A DNA stretch of 64,000 bases. Source: an uncultured Arthrobacter sp. (GTDB lineage: Bacteria > Actinomycetota > Actinomycetes > Actinomycetales > Micrococcaceae). A model generated the notes under the pieces. The model saw only the letters and a program-made list of their open reading frames with translations, ran no database searches and was not told the origin of the DNA. The position numbers and the translations under genes were made by a program. Shown here piece by piece: positions 57,434 to 64,000 of this stretch. The stretch is taken from the NCBI RefSeq assembly GCF_947493765.1, contig NZ_CANLSZ010000004.1, positions 176,461-240,460 of the forward strand, written 5' to 3'. Within the stretch, counting starts at the first letter, position 1, and every line of letters starts with the position of its first letter.

Positions 57434-58225
57434 ATGTTCACGAACGTGCCCCGACTGCAACGGTCGGTACTCACCGACCATCCGTGGTTATTTCTGTCCC
57501 CCCACCTCGACGATGCCGTGCTGTCCTGTGGCGCGCTGCTGAAGGAGAGCGCCGGAACGAGGGACATCACCGTCGCGACGATCTTCACGGACGTCGCAGC
57601 ACCTCCCCATACCCACGCCGCCAGGTCGTTCATCGATCAGTGTGCCGCTCCTGACGCGGACGTACTCTTCGAGATGCGAAGGACCGAGGACCGGCACGTG
57701 CTGAAGCAACTGGGTGTGCGCCATATGCATGTGGGCCTCGCCGACGCACTCTTCAGGCAGCGTCAGCTTGCTCCCGGCTTCCGGTTCCTCGGGCGACGAC
57801 TTCCCGAGCTCGCATACCGTTATCCGACCTATCGCTTCGACATCGCCCTGGGGCGTATCGCCAGGGGCGACAGGGCACTCATCGAGGATCTGCGATCGAA
57901 GGTCGCGGATCTCCTGGAGCACACAGGTGCGGAATTGCTGTTCTGCCCGCTCGGGGTGGGCCGGCACGTCGACCACGTGATCTCTCGTTTGGTCGGCAGC
58001 TACTTCCCTGACCATGTGGTCTACTACGCCGACTTCCCGTACAGCCTCTCCTTCCCGCTGGAGGAACGGTTCATTGGCAAATACGGACTGAACAGCGGCA
58101 CCTGGGACCGTGAACTGGTCGCCAAGCAGGCGCTGATAAGAGGCTACGCGACCCAGGCAGACGCCCTGTTCCCCGATGGCCAGATTCCCGTGGTTCCCGA
58201 AACGTACTTCGCTTCTGCACGATGA
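57434..58225 (+). CDS. PIG-L/LmbE-family N-acetylglucosaminyl deacetylase
   Basis: 263 aa. FLSPHLDDAVLSCG (PHxDD) and GVGRHVDHV (HxDH) zinc-site motifs. Confidence 0.85.
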   Translation: MFTNVPRLQRSVLTDHPWLFLSPHLDDAVLSCGALLKESAGTRDITVATIFTDVAAPPHTHAARSFIDQCAAPDADVLFEMRRTEDRHVLKQLGVRHMHVGLADALFRQRQLAPGFRFLGRRLPELAYRYPTYRFDIALGRIARGDRALIEDLRSKVADLLEHTGAELLFCPLGVGRHVDHVISRLVGSYFPDHVVYYADFPYSLSFPLEERFIGKYGLNSGTWDRELVAKQALIRGYATQADALFPDGQIPVVPETYFASAR

Positions 58226-58244
58226 GGTGAGTCGGGCGGCGAAA

Positions 58245-58760
58245 TCAGCAGGAGTAGCCTTGCGCGTCGAGGCGGTCATCGAACCCGGGTAGGACACGGA
58301 ACTCCCCGCTCCTGCACGCGGTGTTCCCCGAGATGACGATGTCGGTCAGATCGCCGGAGAGGACGACCGACGAACCGTCGTTGTCCTGGAACACGTTGTC
58401 CAGCAGTCAAAGATCAATTATGGCCCTCACCAGCGTAGTAGCTGGTCTGGACTCCCACTGACGATTCCCAGAATCAATCACCCGCGATCGTCAGCGCGTG
58501 CGAGCCATGCTCGAACTCCGCGATCCGCCTGGCCGATCCGATCGGTCCACAGCGGACGTCGTCGTGGAGGTGGGCGACATTGTGAATAGGTTCCCCCATG
58601 CTGTGAGCTACCAGTCCGTCACCCCATCAGTACCCGAACCGTAATGCACTCGATTGGCCTGCATCACCCCGTCGCTCGAGTCCATGATGTAGGTGCCGTC
58701 GAGCTGATCGCCCTTGCCGCTGGTGGACACCGACGGGGTGTCGTTGACCTCTTGCATCGC
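58245..58760 (-). pseudogene. Decayed beta-helix paralog 3 (lacks N-terminal ~190 aa; frameshifts and in-frame stops)
   Basis: Own translation gives three pieces. QEVNDTPSVSTSGKGDQLDGTYIMDSSDGVMQANRVHYGSGTDG, then after a shift LVAHSMGEPIHNVAHLHDDVRCG...HALTIAGD*, then after another shift LLDNVFQDNDGSSVVLSGDLTDIVISGNTACRSGEF...GYSC*. All are colinear with paralogs 1 and 2. Confidence 0.75.
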
Positions 58761-58773
58761 CCGGCGAGGAAGA

Positions 58774-58831
58774 GGCCGGCGGCAGCTGGGGACGAAGTCC
58801 TGGTCTCAGGAGGACTCACTTGCCGCCGGCC
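58774..58831. repeat. Structured ~60-nt repeat R, copy B
   Basis: Outer stem ggccggcggc / gccgccggcc. Inner stem agtcct / aggact around the identical loop ggtctcagg. The ctggggacga segment is also identical to copy A. Confidence 0.8.
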
Positions 58832-59031
58832 CCGATCGAGGGCCCGCTCTTACCGGGTAAGGGCACACGCCCTGTCACTGAACCTTGCATCGGCTCAACG
58901 AGTGCAAGACTATGCGGATGTCGAACCCGCTTCACGAGAAGCGACCACTCATGTTCCGGCGGCGTTACGGGAACTGGGGCCCTGTGCTACTTGCAAGGCA
59001 TTGAAGCGCTACGTGCTTCACTCCAGTGGAC

Positions 59032-59058
59032 GCGGGCGCCGCTTCGCCCTGCGCCCGC
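59032..59058 (-). terminator. Stem-loop 10 nt downstream of the prs stop
   Basis: gcgggcgc (59032-59039) / gcgcccgc (59051-59058). Confidence 0.45.
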
Positions 59059-59067
59059 AGGAACCCC

Positions 59068-60048
59068 TCAGGCGATGCCGTCGAACAGACTCGTCACCGA
59101 GCCGTCGTCGAACACCTCCCGGATGGCGCGCGCGATCAGGGGTGCGATCGAGAGCACCGTCAGCTGCGGGAACCGCTTCTCGGACGGGATGGGAAGGGTG
59201 TTGGTGACCACCACTTCCCGGGCCCCGGACTCGGCGAGGCGGCGGGCGGCGGGGTCGGAGAACACCGCGTGCGTCGCTGCGATGATCACGTCCTTCGCCC
59301 CTGCGTTCTTCAGCACCTGCACGGCGCCCGAGATGGTCCCTCCGGTGTCGATCATGTCGTCGATCAGCACGCAGGTGCGCCCCTCGACCTGACCCACCAC
59401 CTGCTTCGAGACCGCCTGGTTCGGCACCGTCAGGTCCCTGCTCTTGTGGACGAACGCCAGCGGCGCGCCACCGAGCCGCTCGGCCCACTGCTCCGCCACG
59501 CGGACACGTCCGGTGTCGGGGGAGACCACCGTGATGTTCTCGGCGTCGACCCTGGTGCGGATGTAGTCGGCGAGCAGCGGGATGGCCATGAGGTGGTCCA
59601 CGGGCCCGTCGAAGAACCCCTGGATCTGCGAGGTGTGCAGATCGACGGACATCAGGCGGTTGGCCCCGGCCGTCTTGTACAGGTCCGCGACGAGACGGGC
59701 CGAGATGGGCTCGCGTCCGCGCCCCTTCTTGTCCTGCCGCGCGTAGGGATAGAAGGGTGAGACGACGGTGATGCGCTTCGCCGAGGCCCGCTTGAGGGAA
59801 TCGACCATGATGAGCTGCTCCATCAGCCAGTTGTTCAGTGGAGCGGGGTGCGCCTGGATCACGAAGACGTCCGTCCCGCGGACGCTCTCCCCCGAGCGCA
59901 CGTAGATCTCACCGTTCGCGAAGTCGTAGGCCGAGACGGGGAGCAGCTCCGTACCGAGCCAGGAAGCGATCTCCTCCGCCAGCTCCGGGTGCGCGCGCCC
60001 GGATGCCAGCACCAGTTTCTTCTCGCCGCGTGCCGTGATCTCGCTCAT
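59068..60048 (-). CDS. prs: Ribose-phosphate pyrophosphokinase
   Basis: 326 aa. VVSPDTGRVRVAEQWA, PRPP loop CVLIDDMIDTGGT. ATGA overlap with glmU. Confidence 0.95.
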   Translation of the reverse strand: MSEITARGEKKLVLASGRAHPELAEEIASWLGTELLPVSAYDFANGEIYVRSGESVRGTDVFVIQAHPAPLNNWLMEQLIMVDSLKRASAKRITVVSPFYPYARQDKKGRGREPISARLVADLYKTAGANRLMSVDLHTSQIQGFFDGPVDHLMAIPLLADYIRTRVDAENITVVSPDTGRVRVAEQWAERLGGAPLAFVHKSRDLTVPNQAVSKQVVGQVEGRTCVLIDDMIDTGGTISGAVQVLKNAGAKDVIIAATHAVFSDPAARRLAESGAREVVVTNTLPIPSEKRFPQLTVLSIAPLIARAIREVFDDGSVTSLFDGIA

Positions 60049-61559
60049 GACTGTCCGCCTTCGTGTGGTTCTCCGGATGGAACGGGGGCCGTGCCGGACC
60101 GTGCAGCATCGGCCGACGCCGTGCCCGGCCTGTTGGACACCGTCCAGTCCTCGATGGTGCGCTGCGACAGGACGCTGAGACCGAGCGCTCCGGCCGGCAG
60201 GTCCTTGCGGACCACTGCCCCGGCGCCCGTGTAGGCCCCGTCGCCGATCGTCACGGGCGCCACGAACACGGTGTTGGAGCCCGTCCGGACGTGCGAGCCG
60301 ATCGAGGTGCGGTGCTTGCCGACGCCGTCGTAGTTGGCCGTGATGTTCCCGCAGCCGATGTTCGTGTACTCGCCGATCTCCGTGTCGCCCGCGTATCCGA
60401 GGTGGGAGAGCTTCGACCCGCGGCCGACGACCACGTTCTTGGTCTCGTAGAAGGCTCCGATCTTGCCGTCCTCCCCCAGCACGGTACCCGGACGCAGGAA
60501 GGTGAAGGGACCCACGCTGGCGCCCGCTCCGATGCGGGCGCCGCTGCCGTGGGTCCGCACGACGTGCGCGCCCTCCGCGACGACGACGTCGGTGAGCGTG
60601 GTGTCGGGACCGACCACCGCGTCCCGGGCGATCCGCGTCGCTCCGTGCAGCTGGGTACCCGGGAGGATCGTCACGTCCTCGTCGAGTTCCACCGACACAT
60701 CGATCCAGGTGGACGCCGGGTCGACGATGCTGACACCTCCGCGCATCCAGCGTTCCAGGGTCCGCCGATTCAGCTCGGCACCCAGGCCGGCCAGCTGCAC
60801 CCGGTCGTTGGCACCCTCCACCTGCCAGTGGTCCGCGACGAGCAGCCCCGCCACCCGTCCGCCGTCCGCGCGGGCGAACCCGAGGACATCGGTGAGGTAG
60901 AGCTCCCCCTGCGCGTTGTTCGCGTCGATGCGCTCGAGCCCGGCCCGCAGGGCTGCGGCGTCGAACGCGTAGATGCCCGAGTTGACCTCGGAGATGGCCC
61001 GCTGGTCCTCGTCGGCGTCCTTGTGCTCGACGATCGCGGTCACCGTACCATCGGCGGCCCGGAGGATCCGCCCGTACCCCGTGGGATCCTCGAGCTCCGC
61101 GGTGAGCACGGTGACGGCGTTGCGCTGCTGCTCGTGGGCCCCGACGAGGGCCTCGAGTGTGGTGGCCTCCAGCAGCGGCACGTCCGCGTAGGAGACGACC
61201 ACGGTGCCCTCGATGGCTCCGGCACGCCGATCGAGCGCGTCGAGGGCCACCTGGACCGCCCGGCCCGTACCCGGCACGTCGTCCTGGTCCACCAGGAGCG
61301 CCGAGTCGTCGAGTCCGGCGACGTGGTCCGCCACGAGGTCCCGTTCGTGCCGCACGACGACGACGAGATCGCGGGGTGCGACTCCCCGGGCGGCGTCGAG
61401 CGCATGCGCCACCATGGACTGCCCTCCAAGGGGATGCAGGATCTTCGGGGTGCGTGACCTCATGCGGGTACCTGCACCGGCTGCCAGGACGATCACCGCC
61501 GACGGCCCGTCCGCCGCTCGATGCGGCCGTGCTGTCGGGTCTGCGCTCTGGTGGTTCAC
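60045..61559 (-). CDS. glmU: Bifunctional UDP-N-acetylglucosamine pyrophosphorylase / glucosamine-1-phosphate N-acetyltransferase
   Basis: ORF 60045..61748(-). The start was limited by the tRNA and set to GTG 61559 (AGGAG about 10 nt upstream). VLAAGAGTRMRSRTPKILHPLGG plus C-terminal hexapeptide repeats. Confidence 0.92.
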   Translation of the reverse strand: MNHQSADPTARPHRAADGPSAVIVLAAGAGTRMRSRTPKILHPLGGQSMVAHALDAARGVAPRDLVVVVRHERDLVADHVAGLDDSALLVDQDDVPGTGRAVQVALDALDRRAGAIEGTVVVSYADVPLLEATTLEALVGAHEQQRNAVTVLTAELEDPTGYGRILRAADGTVTAIVEHKDADEDQRAISEVNSGIYAFDAAALRAGLERIDANNAQGELYLTDVLGFARADGGRVAGLLVADHWQVEGANDRVQLAGLGAELNRRTLERWMRGGVSIVDPASTWIDVSVELDEDVTILPGTQLHGATRIARDAVVGPDTTLTDVVVAEGAHVVRTHGSGARIGAGASVGPFTFLRPGTVLGEDGKIGAFYETKNVVVGRGSKLSHLGYAGDTEIGEYTNIGCGNITANYDGVGKHRTSIGSHVRTGSNTVFVAPVTIGDGAYTGAGAVVRKDLPAGALGLSVLSQRTIEDWTVSNRPGTASADAARSGTAPVPSGEPHEGGQS

Positions 61560-61635
61560 GAGGTGGGAACTCCTACCGATGGTCTGCTGGGGCGGTCCCG
61601 CGTCCGGCAGGGACGGGGTACCGGGGCTCTCGCCG

Positions 61636-61707
61636 TTCCGCCCATAGGATTCGAACCTATACTCCACAGCTCCAAAGGCTGGGGTGCTGCCATTACACCA
61701 GGGCGGA
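61636..61707 (-). tRNA. tRNA-Gln (anticodon UUG), no encoded CCA
   Basis: Hand-folded. Acceptor TCCGCCC/GGGCGGA, D arm GTGT-AATGGCA-GCAC, anticodon loop CTTTGGA, T arm ATAGG-TTCGAAT-CCTAT, discriminator A. Confidence 0.85.
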
Positions 61708-61865
61708 CCATGCCGCGGTGCTACCTCCTGCCGGGGGCACCTGCGCACGGTTACCTAGTTTGCCACGGAGTTTCCTCCGCAGCGACTTCCCCCGAGGGCC
61801 CTCCCGGCCGTACGGCAAGCGCCAGGATCGTTGAAGCGGAAGGGCCGCCGCGCTAGATTCTGACC

Positions 61866-62411
61866 ATGCGACCTCCCCGTCCCGAGATGTCCGACACCAC
61901 CCCTCCCCCCGTGCCACCGACGCGGACACCGACGGGGCCCGTACGCCTCGCCGGCCGGTTGTGGTTCGGGAGCGTCGTGGTGGGCCTGGTCGCCGTCGTC
62001 CTCCGCGTCCTCGACCGGGAAGGCCCCCTGTCCTACCTGCGCCGGACCGCGGGCGAGCTCGATGCCGGGCTCGCGGACGCGGACCTCGAGACGGTGGCCC
62101 TGATCGCCTTCTGGGGCACCGTGGGGGCGCTGCTGGTCGTCCTCCTCGCGGAGGCGGTCCTGATCAGGCCGTTCCTGGCGGGACGCGGCTGGACCCGCTG
62201 GATGCTCGCGGTCCTGCTCGTCCTGAACCTAGGCTCGGTGCTTCTGGCGTCGGCGTTCCTCACGGACGACTCCGGCGGTCTCCAGTTCACGTTCGTGCTC
62301 CTCGTGGTCCAGGCGGTCCTGGCTGCCGCGGCCCTGCTCGTCGCTCTCCTGCCCGCCTCCTCGCGCTGGTTCCGGGAGGCCCGCGACGCCACGACCACGC
62401 ACCGGCCCTGA
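61866..62411 (+). CDS. Four-TM membrane protein, unknown function
   Basis: 181 aa. Pro-rich N-terminus followed by four clear hydrophobic helices (for example LWFGSVVVGLVAVVLRVL and FTFVLLVVQAVLAAAALLVALL). Confidence 0.55.
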   Translation: MRPPRPEMSDTTPPPVPPTRTPTGPVRLAGRLWFGSVVVGLVAVVLRVLDREGPLSYLRRTAGELDAGLADADLETVALIAFWGTVGALLVVLLAEAVLIRPFLAGRGWTRWMLAVLLVLNLGSVLLASAFLTDDSGGLQFTFVLLVVQAVLAAAALLVALLPASSRWFREARDATTTHRP

Positions 62412-63911
62412 AGCCTCCGGGCCGGTACCGGACGCCGAGGGCTCCGCAGGACGAACGTCGCGGAGCAGTTGCTCGCAGGAGCGGATCACCACCTGGCATG
62501 CCTCGAGCGCCCCGCGATCGGTGAGCGGATTCTCCGCGACCAGGCGCCACCGGCGCAGTTCCGCCAGGGCGGTGGACGCGACCTCCTCCCCGGCTGCATC
62601 GTCGCCGAGGGCCAGTCGGCGGGCGGCGGTGACGCCGGAGCCCCCGATGAGCCGCTCGGCATCCCGGGCGTCCCCGGCGCCCAGCGGGACGGCCCGGGAC
62701 CGGAGGGCGGAGAGCAGCCTCAGCTCGCGGATCTGGTGCGCTCCGGCCTCGATCCTCTCGATCGACCCCAGCAGACTCCGGTCCTGCGGCGTCGGATGGG
62801 CGAGGACCAGGTCACGGACGGCCTGGAGTGCGGTCCGTGCCCGGAGCTGGTCCGAACGCGCCCTGAACTGGCGCTCGACGAGCTGCAGGAGCTGATCGAG
62901 GCCGCTGCGCCTGGCCAGTTCCACGGCCAGCTCCGACGAGGTGGCGACGCCCCCGCGTAGCAGGGCACAGGCCAATCGGATCCCGAACACGCCGAAGCGG
63001 TCCAGGAGGGAAGCACGCAGCGCCGCGTCCACCTGCAGTCCGGCATCAGGGCGCACGAAGCGGTCCGCCGAGAGCAGCAGTTTCTCGCGCGTGGGCCTGT
63101 CGAGGGCCGCGAGGGCCGCGAGGGCTCCGAACTCCTCCTGCCGCAGGGTCCGCGAACTCTGTGCCAGCAGACCCGCGACCGGGACGACGTCGAGGGCCAG
63201 CGCCCGCAGCGTGGGATCGGCGCGGTACCTGTCGGCGATACCCGCAGCCGAGATCAGCGAATCGATCCGCCCCGCCCCCACCTCGTCCGCGCGGGACAGC
63301 ACGGCGAGGGCGTTGACGGTCCCGGAGCTGCCGGTGCTGTCGTCCCGGAACGCCTCGAGGAAATCGAGGTCGGACGCGTGCAGATGACGCATCAGGTAGA
63401 TGACGGCATCGGCCTCCGAGGCCCGGTCCTCAGGGGTCAACAGCCTCAGACTGCGCTCCGAGAGGTCCGTGGAGAGCGACGCGATACCGGGCGTGTCGAT
63501 CAGGGTCAGGTGGCGCAGGCTCTCGGCGGGCCATTCCACGACCAGTCTGTGCACCTCGTCGGAGCGCAGACCGCCGAGGTCGAACTGGAGCCGCCCGGCC
63601 ACGCGGCGCACCGGCAGGAGCACCTGCCCGCCGTCGGTGCGGTGGAGGGTGATCCTCGGAGTGGCCGACCAGCGGTACCAGGTGACGATCCTGGTGCACT
63701 CACCCGTGTCGGTCGGCGCGATCTCCTCGCCGATGACGGCGTTCAGGAGGGTCGACTTCCCCGCCTTCATCATTCCCGCCAGGGCCACCCGCAGCGGCTC
63801 GTGCAGGCGCTCGGCGAGGTCCTCGAGCAGGGCGCCCACGACCGGGTCGTCGTCGTAGGCGGAGCGTGCCCGGGCGAGGAGCTGCTCGACGTCCGCGAGG
63901 GTGTCGGTCAC
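62229..63911 (-). CDS. Dynamin-like GTPase
   Basis: GTG start (GTGA overlap with the upstream ORF). P-loop GMMKAGKSTLLNAVIG, DTPG, and a long helical stalk. The last ~70 aa are Arg/Gly-rich and overlap the convergent membrane ORF, so the true 3' end is uncertain. Confidence 0.8.
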   Translation of the reverse strand: MTDTLADVEQLLARARSAYDDDPVVGALLEDLAERLHEPLRVALAGMMKAGKSTLLNAVIGEEIAPTDTGECTRIVTWYRWSATPRITLHRTDGGQVLLPVRRVAGRLQFDLGGLRSDEVHRLVVEWPAESLRHLTLIDTPGIASLSTDLSERSLRLLTPEDRASEADAVIYLMRHLHASDLDFLEAFRDDSTGSSGTVNALAVLSRADEVGAGRIDSLISAAGIADRYRADPTLRALALDVVPVAGLLAQSSRTLRQEEFGALAALAALDRPTREKLLLSADRFVRPDAGLQVDAALRASLLDRFGVFGIRLACALLRGGVATSSELAVELARRSGLDQLLQLVERQFRARSDQLRARTALQAVRDLVLAHPTPQDRSLLGSIERIEAGAHQIRELRLLSALRSRAVPLGAGDARDAERLIGGSGVTAARRLALGDDAAGEEVASTALAELRRWRLVAENPLTDRGALEACQVVIRSCEQLLRDVRPAEPSASGTGPEASGPVRGRGVAGLPEPARGGGQESDEQGRGSQDRLDHEEHERELETAGVVREERRRQKHRA

Positions 63912-64000
63912 GAACCGGCCTTCACGGCGTCCCCGGTCTGGTCCGGAGCGTGCACGACCTCGGGAGCGAGGGCTGCCGCCTGTCGCCGCAGGGAGGAGAC
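63908..64000 (-). CDS. C-terminal end of an upstream ORF (possibly the partner dynamin-like GTPase); continues beyond window end
   Basis: Own translation ...LRRQAAALAPEVVHAPDQTGDAVKAGS*. The stop overlaps the next start. Identity cannot be established from 30 aa. Confidence 0.35.
   Translation of the reverse strand, partial: VSSLRRQAAALAPEVVHAPDQTGDAVKAGS

Noticed and set aside
57488-58297. 269-aa ORF on the minus strand
   Set aside because: It is antisense to the PIG-L deacetylase gene, which has clear PHxDD/HxDH motifs. Only its extreme 5' end touches the real beta-helix pseudogene sequence, and in a different frame.
61636-61707. tRNA-Gln as the integration site of the accessory island
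   Set aside because: The island begins about 2.6 kb away, on the far side of intact glmU and prs. No integrase gene and no duplicated tRNA 3' segment were seen.

Overview
High-GC actinobacterial chromosome segment; hand-counted core lines are about 70% G+C. Most of it is housekeeping. From memory, it is syntenic with two Mycobacterium tuberculosis blocks: birA-accD5-accE5-maf-accA3 ... lpdA/PNP/phosphomutase (Rv3279c-Rv3308), and mfd ... pth-rplY-prs-glmU (Rv1014c-Rv1020). Other core genes are ligA (partial), a PP2C phosphatase, an Rv1264-like adenylate cyclase, deoC, nhaA, an orphan histidine kinase, sufS-sufU, tRNA-Gln and dynamin-like GTPases. Accessory content: (1) About 20 kb of visibly lower-GC DNA (39.1-59.0 kb) splits the normally contiguous prs-ctc(rplY)-pth operon. 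It carries an 8-gene glycopolymer operon (CelD-like GNAT, HGSNAT-like membrane acetyltransferase, GT2, GT4, GT-C, GT4, PIG-L deacetylase) plus a flippase. It also carries three paralogous beta-helix proteins (one decayed), gene relics (ctc 3' fragment, LuxR fragment, P-loop-less LAL gene) and two copies of a ~60-nt structured repeat. (2) Two tandem, translationally coupled pairs of large ATP-binding LuxR (LAL/STAND) regulators. (3) An array of eight 31-bp dyad-symmetric units between the cyclase and the phosphatase. (4) A dense cluster of tandem repeats around a 95-aa membrane ORF. I found no CRISPR, rRNA, transposase or integrase, and no recognisable phage-defence effector. The best candidate for an undescribed system is the glycopolymer deacetylation/re-acylation island. 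That call is inference from domain content and needs HMM and comparative checks. Many long ORFs in the track are antisense shadow ORFs typical of high-GC DNA and were not called.
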